Part shown: positions 22,729 to 36,800 of the stretch, one piece after another
Layout: each line of letters begins with the position of its first letter
Position numbering within the stretch: position 1 is the first letter of the stretch
From: the human T2T-CHM13v2.0 reference genome, Homo sapiens
Length of the DNA stretch: 64,000 bases
Strand: one strand, 5' to 3'
Assembly: GCF_009914755.1 (NCBI RefSeq)
Contig: NC_060925.1
Program-made: the position numbers and the translations under genes
The notes under the pieces: model-generated
What the model was told of the DNA's origin: nothing
Database searches by the model: none
What the model saw: the letters and a program-made list of their open reading frames with translations, nothing else

Positions 22729-22972
22729 TTATTGTGGGAATATGACTTCCATCTGGAACACCAGGTGGAGACTTGTCACCGTCAAAGTAAAAAACCTATT
22801 GTCCACGTAAAGGGCGAAGCTGATGTGCTGTTCCTCAAATGAGTAAAACACACTTCTGTAGTGCTGGAATGAGTCAGGTAGTTCAAAGTACATTGACGGA
22901 GTAGAATAACATCCATCCAGTGAGTCCTGCAAGACTTCAGGCTCTTCCACTTCCATCAGCACGCCGTTGAGC
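22729..22972 (-). CDS. NBPF9: NBPF terminal coding exon (CON3 large + C-terminal tail, stop TAA)
   Basis: [26 protein letters not shown]...[12 protein letters not shown]. Confidence 0.93.
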
Positions 22973-24776
22973 CTGGAAAAGGAGACAAAACTAAAGAAGC
23001 AGCCAGGGAAAATCAGACACCACAGAGCCCCACTAGATTTCAGAAGTAACATAAGGAACTGGTTAGAAAAGAAAAAGGATAGATCCATTAATGAGGTAAA
23101 AAAAAAAAATTATTGCCTTTATGTTGGGATAGAACAGGGCCAGGTAGAAAACAATGAAAGAGAAAGACAGAGAGAGAAAGACAGAGACAGAGACAGAGAG
23201 AAAGTGAGCTAGTGAATTGGCCAGGTGACATACTGGTAAGGGAGTCAAAGGACACTCTGAGTTAGTGCCCTCATGACACACAGCAAACTGTGATCATGAA
23301 AAGAGTGAGCTCAATAGTTTTCCATAAAATATGCTCAAAATTCGATGCAGTGGCCATGAGAGTACAGCTTTTGAAGTATGGTCAACCTATGGTACGTTAG
23401 GAAATGATAAGGGGAGGAAGAAATGGAAACCTAAACATCTACTGCAATGAAAACCAACAGCAATGACAGTAGGAGTAATTCAGCCTTCGTTGAAAACATG
23501 ACATCAAACACAATCTGGTTTCCCTGAATCTGTTGCCTCCAGGTGTTAACACAGAATTAAGCATCCACAATTGCTGAAAGTCACCTGGGGCATGGTGGGT
23601 TTTGATCTTCTTCCCCTTCTTTTCTTCCCCTTCTTCTTTCCTTCTTTGATCTTCTTCCCCTTCTTTTCTTCCCCTTCCCCTTCTTTTCAATTTCTGCAAT
23701 AAATTCAGACATGGACAGACACATTAAGCTGATTCCCCTACACACATAACAATCCACTGTCTAATCCTCACACAGGGACCTCAGGCTCCTCAGCATAAGA
23801 ATAGGACACTGTGAGAGATATATTTCAGGAGGCCTGAAGGCTGGTCATGATAGAAATTCCTCGGTTTTTCTCCCAGAAACTGTGGGTAAAATGTCCCTAT
23901 TCTAGTAGATCGTTATCCCAATATCATTTGTCCCAAGTTTGTGCAAACAGTTACGCCATATTTTTCCAATCAACTTAAAGCAAATACCCTCAAATGATTT
24001 CTAGGAGAAAAACTGCAATATTTAGCCCTGTCTCATCAAATACTCAGATTGTTCATGGTTGTGAGGACTTTAGACACTGAAATTAGAGTGAAAAAGGAAA
24101 TCTACAAACCCTTGAGTCAAAATCATAGTTCTCTGAATTTGTCACATCTGCCCAGGTCCAATGTCATGAGAATAGGATCAGGGCGCCACAGGTATGGCCT
24201 GAGACTAGGAAGAGAGTCTTGCTCACTGACCCATCCCTTGTCTGGGCTTCCAGGTAGAACTAGAGTTTCATTCAACCTACATGTGCCTATAGGTCCTCCC
24301 TGTGGCAATGACATCTCTCAGCTCAGTAATGGCCACTTGGAGCAGGAATATGATCTTTATATGGAAGACTCAGTGGATCCTTATCACCTTCATAGAAAGG
24401 TACTCACCTCCCACGTCAAGAGAAAAGCCAACATGTTTTTCCTCCAATGCATAAAAGGAACTTCCATAGGGCTGGCAGGAGTCAGGCTGTTCAAGACAAC
24501 TGGAAGGAGTTGAATAACATCTATCCAGTGAGTCCTGCAAGACTTCAGGCTCTACTACCTCCAGCAGCTCCCTGCTGAGCCTGGAAAAGGAGGAAAAAGT
24601 AAAGAATAAGCCAGGGGAAATCAGACACAACAGAGCCCCAACTAGGTTTCATGGGTAGCATAGGGAAGTGGTTAAAAAACTAAAAGGATAGATCCATTAA
24701 TGAGGTAACAAATTATTGCCTTCATGTTGGGACAGAACAGGGCCAAATGGAAAAGAATGAAAGAGAAAGACAGATA

Positions 24777-24838
<62 letters not shown>

Positions 24839-27800
24839 ACGAGCTCAGTGAATTGTCCAGGTGACACACTGATGAGGGAGTAACAGGACACTCTGAGTTA
24901 GTGCCCTCAGGACACACAGCATACAGGGATCATGAAAAGACTGTGCTCAATAATTTTCCATAAAATGTGCTCAAGTTTCCATGCAGTCGCCATGAGAATA
25001 CAGTTTTTGAAGTCTGGTCCACCTACAGTAGGTTAGTAAATGATAAGGGGAGGAAGAAATGGAAACCTAAATATCTACTGCAATGAAAACCAACAGCAAT
25101 GTTAGTAGGAATAATTCAGGCTTGCTTGAAAAGATGTAATCGATAATGTCAGCCCGCTCTGTTTTCCCTGAACCAGGAGTCTCCAGATGTCAACACAGAA
25201 GTAGATGTTCACAATTGCTCAGTTACCTGGGGCATGGTGGGCCTTGGTCTTCTTCCTCTTCTTGGTCCTTTTTAATTCCTGCAATACATTCAGACAGGGA
25301 CAGACAAAATAAGCCAATTCACCTACACCCATAACAGTCCACTGTCTAATCCCCACACAGGGATCTCAGGCTCCTCAGCATGAGAACAGGACAATGTGAC
25401 AGATATACTTCAGGAGGCCTGAAAGCTGGTCATGATATTCTTTGGTTTGCATCTCAGAACCAAGGGTGAAATATCCCCATTCTGGTAGATCGTTATCCCA
25501 AAATCATTTATCCCAAGTTTGTGCAAACAGTTATGCCTTATTGTTCCCATCAGTTCAAAGAAAATGCCCCAGATGATTTCTAGGAGGAAAACTGCAGTAT
25601 TCAGCCCTGTCTCATCAAATGCCCAGCTCGTTCATGGATGCAAGAATTTTAGACACTGAAATTAGAATGAAGGAGGAAATCTACAAACCCTTGAGTCCAA
25701 ATCATACTTCTGTGAATTTTTTACATCTGCCTGGGTCCAATGTGCTGAGAGCGGGCTCAGGTTGCCACAGGCATGGCTGGAGACTAGGAATAGAGCCTTG
25801 CTCACTGACCCATTTCATGTCTAGGCTTCCAACTGAGACTACAGTTTCATTACAACCTATATGCGCCCATAGGTCCTGCCTGTGGCAATGACATCTCTCA
25901 GGTCAGTAAGGGCCACTTGGAACAGGAATATCACCCCTATCTGGAAGACCAGGTGGAGGCTTATCACCTTCATAGTAAGGTACTCACTGTCCAAGTCAAG
26001 AGCCAAGCCAAGGTACTGTTCCTCCAATGAGTAAACAGCACTGCTGTAGGGCTGGCCTAAGTCAGGCAGTTCAAGATAACCTGAAGGAGTCGAATACCAT
26101 CTACCCAGTGAGTCCTGCAAGACTTCAGGCTCTTTCTCATCCAGCAGCTCCCTGCTGAGCCTGGAAAAGTAGGAAAAAGTAAAGAATAAGCCAGGGGGAA
26201 TCAGAAACCACACAGCCCCAGCTAGATTTCATGGCTAACATAAGGAACTGTTTAAAAAGAAAAAGGACAGATCCATTAATGAGGTAATGAATTATTGCCT
26301 TTAGGTTGGGATAGACCAGGGTCAGGTGGAAAAGAATGAAAGAGAAAGACAGGGAGAGGGAGAGAGAGAGAGAGGAGAAAGTGAGCTCAGCGAATTGGCC
26401 GGGTGACACACTGATGAAGGGGTCAAAGGACACTCTGAGTTAGTGCCCTCGGGACACACAGCGAACAGTGATCATGAAAAGAGTGGGCTCAATAATTTTC
26501 CATAAACTTGCTCAAGATTCCATGCAGTTGCCATACAGCCTTTGAGGTATGGTCAACCTATAGTAAGTTAGTAAATGATAAGGGGAGGAAGAAATGGAAA
26601 CCTAAACATCTACTGCAATGAAAACCAACAGCAATGGCAGTAGGAGTAATTCAACCTCCGTTGAAAACATGAAATTGAACACACTCTTGTTTTCCCTGGA
26701 CCTGGCATCTCCAGGTGTCAACACAGAATTAAGCATCCATAATTGCTCAAAGTTACCTGGGGCATGATGGGTCTTGGTCTTCTTCCACTTCTTGGTACTT
26801 TTCAATTTCTGCAATAAGTTCAGACATGGACAGTCATATTAAGCTGTTTCTCCTACACACATAACAATCCACTGTCTAATCCTCACACAGGGACTTCAGG
26901 CTCCTCAGCATGAGAATAGGACACTGTGAGAGATATTCTTCAGGAGGCCTGAAGGCTGATCTCCATAGAGATTCCTTGGTTTTTGTCCCAGAAACTGTGG
27001 GTAAAATTCCCTATTCTGGTAGACCGTTATCCCAATATCATTTGTCCCAAGTTTGTGCAAATGGTTATGCCATATTTTTCCAATCGATTTAAAGCAAATG
27101 TCCCCAAATGGTTGCTAGGAGAAAAACTGCACTATTCAGCCCTGTCTCATCAAATACTCAGATTGTTCATGGTAGCGAGGATTTTAGACGCTGAAATTAG
27201 AGTGAAGGATGAAATCTACAAGATCTACAAAATTGAGACAAAATCAGAGTTGTGTGAATTTGTCACATCTGCCCAGGTCCAATGTCATGAGAGTAGGATT
27301 AGGGCGCCACAGGCATGGCCTGAGACTAGGAAGAGAGCCTTGCTCACTGACCCATCCCTTGTCTGGGCTTCCAAGTGGAACTAGAGTTTCATTCAACGTA
27401 CATGTGCCTATAGGTCCTCCCTGTGGCAATGACATCTCTCAGCTCAGTAACGGCCACTTGCAGTAGGAATATGACCCTAACCAGAAGACTCAGTGGATCC
27501 TTATCACCTTCATAGAAAGGTACTCACCATCCATGTCAACAGCCAAGCCAACACGCTGTTGCTCCAATACGTAAAAGGCACTTCTGTAGGGCTGGCATGA
27601 GTCAGTCAGTTCAAGACAACCTGAAGGAGTTGAATAACATCTATACAGTGAGTCCTGCAAGACTTCAGGCCCTTTCTCATCCAGCAGCTCCCTGCTGAGC
27701 CTGGAAAAGTGGGAAAAAGTAAAGAATAAGCCAGGGGGAATCAGAAACCACACAGCCCCAGCTAGATTTCATGGCTAACATAAGGAAGAGTTTGAAAAGA

Positions 27801-30800
27801 AAAAGGACAGATCCATTAATGAGGTAACAAATTATTGCCTTTATGTTGGGATAGACTAGGGCCAGGTAGAAAAGGATGAAAGAGAAAGACACACACACAC
27901 ACACACAGACACAGACACACACACACACACACACACAAACAGAGCGAGCTGAGTGAATTGGTCAGGTGACACACTGATGAGGGAGTCAAAGGACACTCTG
28001 TATTTGTGCTCTCAGGACACACAGTGAACAGTGATCATGAAAAGCATGTCCTCAATAATTTTGCGTAAAATGTGCTCAAGTTTCCCTGCAGTTACCATGA
28101 GAATACAGCTTTTGAGGTATGGTCAACTTTCACTAGGTTAGTAAATGATAAGGGTAGGAAGAAATGGAAACCTAAACATTTACTCTAATGAGAACCAAAA
28201 AGCAATGTAGTAGGCATAATTCAGACTTGTCTGACAAGACAAAATCATTATTTTCAGCATGTACTGTTTTCCCTGGACTTGGCATCTCCAGGTGTCAACA
28301 TCAAATTAACTGTCCACAATTTCTCAGACTCACCTGGGACCTGTTGCCTCTTGGTCCTCCTTTTTCACTTGATCCCACCGATGTCCTGCAAATAAATTCA
28401 GATGGGCCCTCTTACATTAAGCAGTCCTTCCTTGCACACAGAAACATTCCTCTGTCCAATCCTAACACAGGGACATCAGTCTTGTCAGTGTGAGAACAGG
28501 AGACTTTGAGAGAAATATTCCAGTAGGCCTGAGGTCAAGTCTTGAGAAAACTGGCTTGGGTTCTTTCATGAGCCTTGGGCAAAATTCCCCTGTGTTGGAA
28601 TGTTATCTTCCCTATGTGCTCTGTCCTAGGTTTATGTACACAAATGCGCGATTTTTTTCCCCAATAAATTGTAGGCAAATAGTTCTAACACCTCATAGGA
28701 GAGATACTTCAATATTAAGCTTTCTCTCATCAAATACCCAGAATTTGATAGTTTATGAGATTGTGGACACAGAGATTTGATGAGGGGGTGCAATGAACCA
28801 GCTCTTGAGTCAAAATGTAACTTGGTTCTACACAGTAGCATCAGCTATTATGGCTTTTGTGGGTGAAAAGTCAGCCATTTATCTAGAAAACATACCAGGA
28901 ACATGACGGACAGATGAGCTAAAACAAGCGAACTTAGAAGACACAGAAAATGGGAATAAATTCAGTGAAACCTGGGTCACATCTTTCACTGAGAGGTAGA
29001 CAAGGGTGACACTGGCCTTGGGCAGGTAAAGAACCACACAGACATGCTTTGGGAACAAAACTCATAAGGAATTTTGTAGCTGGCAAGAGACATTTAATTC
29101 AGATGAGCTGATCTGACAGACAACTCCTGGGCATGTGCTACATAGTTTGGTGTGAGTTTGCCACACCTGCCTTGAGTTCAATGTCGTGACAGTCAGTCCA
29201 GGTTGGCACGGGCATGGCCTGAGACTAGGAAGAGAGCAAAGCTCACTGACCCACCCCATGCCTGTGCTTCAGACTCGACTCCAGAGTGATTGAAATCTAC
29301 ATTGATATATAGGTTCAGCCCACAGTGATGGCAAATCTCAGCCCAACAAGGGGCACAAGGCCCAAAGATTATGGGGTCTACCTGGGCCATGAACTGGAGC
29401 TTTATCACCTTCACAATGGAGTACTCACTGCCTATGTCAACAGCCATGCAGACTTGCTGTTCCTCTAATGAGTGAAATGTGCTGCTGTAAGACTTGTACG
29501 AGGCCAACATTTCAGGAGGAATTGAGGGAGTCGAATAACCTTCATCCCAGGACTCCTGGGGGACTTCCTCCTCTTCAGACTCCTGCAGATTCCTGATGAG
29601 CCAGGCAGGACAGGGATGATAGAAGATTTAACCAACAGACATTAGACAACAAAACCTCCCAGATGATCTGATGGGAGACAGAATGGAGTGGTCACAGAAA
29701 CCAAAGGCATTTTTCCTTCAAGAGAAATAAAACTATCCTTCTAAATACAGGGTGGAGGGTGACTGCTCTGGGGACAGAGCAAAAATGGGCAGCGTGTGCT
29801 CAGTACATTTGCCACAGATGAGCCAACTCAGGGCACCCAGACTCTCCCTGTAAACTACCATCATGTCTTGCAGCACAGAGAACTGACACAGGGCTTCAAC
29901 TACTTTGCATAAATTGGGTTGAATTTTACATGCAGCATTCAAGTGAAGAGAGTTCTTGACGCAGTGCAGACACAGATCTTGTGTATTAAGGGCCCCATTT
30001 TCCCAATATTTTGATATAATATATTTACTTTTTCAATTTCTTTTCTTGCAAAAATACTAGCCAACATACTACCAACAAATAGGAAGAAAGCATATATACA
30101 CCTCTCCCTGGATTTAGACACATGGGAGAGAATAGGCAACACCAAGAAATCCCTGTTTGAGGGTCTGGAGTGGACTTCCAGCAAACTCCAACAGACCTGA
30201 AGCTGAGGGACCTGACTGTTACAAAGAAAACTAACACAGAGAAAGGAATAGCATCAACATCAACAAAAAAGACATCCACCCCAAAACCCCATCTGTAGGT
30301 CGCCATCATCAAAGACCAAGGGTAGATAAAACCACAAAGGTGGGGAGAAACCAGAGCACAAAAGCTGAAAATTCCAAAAACCTGACATCCCTTCTCCTCC
30401 AAAGGATCGCAGCTCCTCGCCAGCAATGGAACAAAGCAGGATGGAGAATGACTTTGATGAGCTGACAGAAGTAGGCTTCAGAAAGTCGGTAATAACAAAC
30501 TTCTCTGAGCTAAAGGAGGATGTGCGAACTCATCGCAAGGAAGCTAAAAACCTTGAAAAAAGATTAGACGAATGGCTAACCAGAATGAACAGTGTAGAGA
30601 AGACCTTAAATGACCTGATGGAGCTGAAAACCATGGCACGAGAACTACGTGATGCATGCACAAGCTTCAGTAGCCAATTCGATCAAGTGCAAGAAACGGT
30701 ATCAGTGATTCAAGATCAAATTAGTGAAATGAAGCGAGAAGAGAAGTTTAGAGAAAAAAGAGTAAAAAGAAATGAACAAGCCTCCAATAAATATGGGACT

Positions 30801-33800
30801 ATGTGGAAAGACCAAATCTACGTTTGATTGGTGTACTGAAAGTGACGGGGAGAATGGAACCAAGCTGGGAAACATTCTTCAGGATATTATCCAGGAGGAC
30901 TTCCCCAACCTAGCAAGGAAGGCCAACATTCAAATTCAGGAAACACAGAGAACACCATAAAGATACTCCTCGAGAAGAGCAACCCCAAAACACGTAATTG
31001 TCAGATTCACCAAGGTTGAAATGAAGGAAAAAATGCTAAGGGCAGCCAGAGAGAAAGGTCAGATTACCCACAAAGGGAAACCCATCAGACTAGCAGCAGA
31101 TCTCTTGGCACAAACCCTACAAGCCAGAAGAGAGTGGGAGCAATATTCAACATTCTTTTTTTTTTCCATATGTATAGTTTTCCTTTATTATTTTTTGTGT
31201 GTATGTATATATATATATATTTTTTTTAATACTTTAAGTCTTAGGGTACATGTGCACAACGTGCAGGTTAGTTACATATGTATACATGTCCACATTGGTG
31301 TGCTTCACCCATTAACTCATCATTTAACATTAGGTATATCTCCTAATGCTACCCCTCCTCCCTCCCCACACCCTACAACAGGCCCCAGTGTGTGATGTTC
31401 CCCTTTCTGTGTCCATGTGTTCTCATTGTTCAATTCCCACCTGTGAGTAAGAACATGCGGTATTTGGTTTTTTGTCCTTGCAATAGTTTGCTGAGAATGA
31501 TGGTTTCCAGCTTCATCCATGTCCCTACAAAGGACATGAACTCATCATTTTTTATAGCTGCATAGTATTCCATGGTGTATATGTGCCACATTTTCTTAAT
31601 CCAGTCTATCATTGCTGGATATTTGGCTTGGTTCCAAGTCTTTGCTATTGTGAATAGTGCCGCAATAAACATATGTGTGCATGTGTCTTTACAGCAGCAT
31701 GATTTATAATCCTTTGGGTATACACCCAGTAATGGGATGGCTGGGTCAAATGGTATTTCTAGTTCTAGATCCTTGAGGAATTGCCACACTGCCTTCCACA
31801 ATCGTTGAACTAGTTTACAGTCCCACCAACAGTGTAAAAGTGTTCCTATTTCTCCACATCCTCTCCAGCATCTTCAACATTCTTAAAGAAAAGAATTTTC
31901 AACCAAGAATTTCATATCCAGCCAAACAAAGCTTCATAAGTGAAGGAGAAATAAATCCTTTACAGAGAAGCAAATGCTGACAGATTTTGTCACCACCAGG
32001 CCTGCCTTACAAGAGCTCCTAAAGGAAGCACTAAACATGGAAAGGAACAACCGGTACCAGCCACTGCAAAAACATGCCAAACTCTAAAGACCATTGACGC
32101 TAGGAAGAAACTGCATCAACTAACGGGTGAAATAACCAGCTAACATCATAACGACAGGATCAAATTCACACATAACAATATTAACCTTAAATGTAAATGG
32201 GCTAAATGCCCCAGTTAAAAAACACAGAATGGCAAATTGGATAAAGAGTCAAGACCCATCAGTGTGCTGTATTCAGGAAACCCATCTCACATGCAGAGAC
32301 ACACAAAGGCTCAAAATAAAGGGATGGAGGAAGATCTACCAAGCAAATGGAAAACAAAAAAAGGCAGGGGTTGCAATCCTAGTCTCTGATAAAACAGACT
32401 TTAAACCAACAAAGATCAAAAGAGACAAAGAAGGCCACTACATAATGGTAAAGGGATCAATTCAACAGGAAGAGTTAACTATCCTAAATATATATGCACC
32501 CTATACAGGAGCACCCAGATTCATAAAGCAAGTCCTGAGAGACCTACAAAGAGATTTAGACTCCACACAATCATCATGGGAGACTTTAACACCCCACTGT
32601 CAATATTAGACAGATCAATGAGACAGAAGCTTAACAAGGATATCCAGGACTTGAACTCAGCTCTCCACCAAGCAGACCTAAAAGACATCTACAGAACTCT
32701 CCACCCCAAATCAACAGAATATACATTCTTCTCAGCACCACATCACACTTATTCCAAAATTGACCACATAGTTGGAGGTAAAGCACTTGTCAGCAAATGT
32801 AAAAGAATGGAAATCACAACAAACTGTCAGACCACAGTGCAATCAAATTAGAACTCAGGATTAAGAAACTCACTCAAAACCGCACAACTACATGGAAACT
32901 GAACAACCTGCTCCTGAACGACTACTGGGAAAATAACAAAATGAAGGCAGAAATAAAGACGTTCTTTGAAACCAATGAGAACAAAGACAAAACATACCAG
33001 AATCTCTGGGACACATTTAAAGCAATGTGTAGAGGGAAAATTATAGCACTAAATGCCCACAAGAGAAAGCAGAAAAGATCTAAAATTGACACCCTAACAT
33101 CACAATTAAAATAACTAGAGAAGCAAAGCAAACAAATTCAAAAGCTAGCAGAAGACAAGAAGTAACTAAGATCAGAGCAGAACTAAAGGAGATAGAGACG
33201 CAAAAAACCCTTCAAAAAATCAATGAATCCAGGGCTGGTTTTTTGAAAAGATCAACAAGAAAACCCTGTTTGGCTAGTTCACCTGGCTCATCTGATGGCA
33301 AGTTCCTATCTTGAGAGGACTATGAAATTAAAACCAATACAAGTGCCACAAATAACATACAACATTGTAAATCAGCACAATTTGTAGCTGGGTGAATGGA
33401 AGAAATAGTTCTATTCATCACTTCCTCATTTTCCCTAAATCTACAATCTCCAGATGTCACTACTGAATTAACAGCCAACAATTCCACAACATTACCTGGG
33501 AGACACTGGCCCTTTTTCTTCCTCTTCCTCATCATCACTTTCATTTTCTGTAAATAAATTCAGAGAAGCAGGTCACATTAAGCAATTCATACTTCACATA
33601 TGAACAAATCACTGTCCAGTCATAGCCAAGGACATAACTATTCTCAGTGCAAGAATAAGGATTCTGACAGGAATATTCTAGGGTGTCCTAGATTAACTTT
33701 GGTGAGAATTAGATGACCCTGCTTTCCAGACCCACAGGCCAAAATCTCCCTCTACGTGTAGACCATAATGCCATATTCCCTGCCTGAGTCAAAGTTAAAC

Positions 33801-36800
33801 AAAATTTTTTCCCCAAAAAAATCTCCAAAAATTGGTCAAACAATTTTCTAAGAGTGTTGCTGCGATACGGACTTATATCACCAGGTAACATGGACATTAA
33901 ATGTTTAGAGGCATCTATACATGAAACACGACTGATAGATAAATTTGAACAACTCTTGCTTTAAAAAGAATCTGTGATTTGGGAGGCCAAGACAGGTGAA
34001 TCATTTGAGGTCATGAGTTCAGGACTACCCTGGCCAATATGGGGAAACCCTGTCTCTACTAAAAATACAAAAATTAGCCAGATGTGATGTTGTGCACCTG
34101 TGGTCCTAGCAACTCAGGAGACTGAGGCAGGAGAATCACTTGAATCTGGGAGGCAGAGGTTGCACCAAGCCAAGATGGTGCCACTGTACTCCAGCCTGGG
34201 TGACAGAGCAAGACTCCATCGCAAAAAAAAAAAAAAAAAAAAAAAATCCACGATGCTACAAAGAAACATTGGATCAGCCATTGCATTGACAGGGTGGAGA
34301 ACCAGGGTCCAGCCTTGCTTTATGGAAATATATCACCAAAGTAAAGAAGAAAAGTTTCCGTCCTGATTTCAGGGTGACTGTGCAGCTAAGCAAGCTGACT
34401 TAAAGGAGATCCAGATGAAAGCTGAGAGCAGTGAAGCCTGGGGAACGATATTTCCAAAAACAAAGGCAAGGCTGCCAGCTTCCTTAAACAGGCATAGAAA
34501 CTCCATGGACATTGTTCAGGGACAGATGACTTAATCACAGATGACAAGAGATACTGAATCGAAGCTAGGAGGCCTGACAGATACTGCCTGTGCACCTCCT
34601 GCACTCAGGTGACTATGAGATTGTCACACTTGCCTGGGGTTGAGTAACTTGATACTGGGGACTGGCAGACAAAGGCATGACATTAGCTGAGAAGGACAAA
34701 AAACTCCCTGATATCTGTTTAGAAACCCATCACAGTTTTTTATTCAAATGAATTTGTGTTTATAGAGCCTGTCTTCAGAGTTTATCTTCCTCAGCCTAGA
34801 GAGAGGTATGAGACACAAGGAAAACAGAGGCTACCTGGAATAATGTGTACAGCATCTTCCCGTTCAACATGAGAGGATGAGCCAATGAGAGTTGAGTCGA
34901 CTTTGTCTTCCTCAAATGTGATTTTGGTTTTCCTATGTGGCTGGTTGGAGTCATAAGGGCCATGGCTATTTGAATAAGTGATGGCACATTCCTCCAGTGA
35001 GTCCTCAGGGACTTCCTTTTCTTCAGCCTTCTGCATCTCCCTGATGAGCCAGGTGGGACAGAGATGACAGAAGATTAAACACAGAGGGATTGGACCCCAG
35101 GGAGTCCTAGCTGGTTTTGACAGGCGGCATTAAGAGAGTGGTCCCAGAAAGCAAAATGGAGGTTCCCATTAAGAGGGAACAGGTAATCCTCTTCTCTCTG
35201 CAACAGAGCATGGCTGCCATGGGAACCAGAGAGGAAGAGAGCAGCTGCTGTTCATTGCACTGGACAGATAGGAGCTGAGGAGGATGAAGACTCAGCTATC
35301 CCTGTACGGTGCAGACATGACACTCGGCACACATAGAGAAACATGACAGCTGCCGCACCCTGTGTCTAAGCTGGGTTCAATTTCACATACTGTGGCCAAG
35401 CGAATGCGGGTTTTTGGCCCATCATAGATGCCAGAGAGGGTGTGCCTCCTAGATATTCCTCATATGTTACCATCCATTAATTGTTCCTGAGTATTCAGTG
35501 TTACCTGGGGGCAGACGATTTCTGCACTTTCTCAGCCACCTCAACTTGAACATCTTCATTGTCATCGTTGTCATTTTCTGTAAATACAGAAGTGTTCGTT
35601 CAGATATTTCCCACTTCACAGTCTGCAAGCACAGTCAGCCCAATGTGCAACAGAGACATGAACATCTAGGCATGGGTCACCGTTCAACTGAAAACTCTCA
35701 TGTTTTATCTTTAACAGAATGCCCTGGCATGGTTTCCTGATCCATCAGGCAATGCATTTCTGATCTGGAGGGCCACCATCAACATGTGGCCAAATATTGA
35801 AAAGACCTTTCGCTTCCCATATCACTGGAGGCTTGTGCAGCCTCTCTCTGGACGTTGGCAGCTGTCTCCCCCATCCTGCCAGATCTGATTCCCAGGCACA
35901 GGCTTGGTGTCCTGTCACGGTTTGCATTTCAAACCTAATTCTTTCTCTTAGAAGCAGACAAACTTGTCCCACAGTCCTCTATGCATCAGAAGATTTCAAG
36001 CCTCCAAGTGGCTTCTGCTGTGTTCTTCAGGGACATTCTATCCATGGGGAGTGCTCCAGTCTGAAGCACTTCCTACCACAAAACGCCCCCACATAAAGTG
36101 CCTTCTCCAACATCACACGGCGAGGGCCTTCATCTCATTTTGGAAAGCAGTTGTAAGTGTTCCCACATTTGAATGCTTCAGACCCTTGCAAGAGACAATT
36201 TGTCTGCCACGGAGAGAGACAAACTCAGGAAGGACAAGTCATTCACTCTCTGACAGTAACTAAGAACATTGCCGAAAAGACAGCCTGGGAACCTTCATTC
36301 TTAGTCCAGAGCTCTTTTCACTCTAACAAGCCTGCTCCCATCGCAGCCTCCTTCCTGTCCTTTAAAACTAGATAGATGCTGCCTCTTGCTCCAAAGACCA
36401 CCTTCCATCAAGGGAGGAGGGACACTTGCAATAATGTGACCTCCAACCCCATGGGTTTCCCATCTCCGTTCTTACCCAAGAAGTCCTTGTCATGTCATGG
36501 CCACATAAGCTTAGTGGAAAAAAACACCATTGATACAACTGTCATTGTGAAAGTATGGAGGTCTGGAGCCTCTCATAAGCCTGGGGTTTTGGGTCAACAG
36601 GGCCTATGGCCACCTTACCTGGGCTGAGCTTTTGGACAAGGTGCTGTGCCAGTCTACACCCCTCAGCCAGCTGTTCTTGGAGGTCCTGCCCCTGGGACTT
36701 GTCCGGCTCATCCGGAGTGAGGAGGGCCTGGAGATGCTCATTCAATGAGCGGGAGGCATCTCTCCCTTCCCGTAACTTCTCCTTTAACTGCGTCAGCTCT

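Larger units (their letters stand above)
22400..29600 (-). repeat. Tandem array of ~1.5-1.9-kb Olduvai exon-doublet units including homologous introns
   Basis: Large-exon acceptors at 29592, 27700, 26160, 24580 and 22972 (spacings 1892, 1540, 1580, 1608). Intron motifs such as gaagaaatggaaacctaaa and gatccattaatgaggtaa recur in the HLS/CON3 units. Confidence 0.92.

Noticed and set aside
22400-29600. Regularly recurring motifs as a CRISPR-like or novel repeat array
   Set aside because: Fully explained by tandem Olduvai exon-doublet duplication in a eukaryotic gene.
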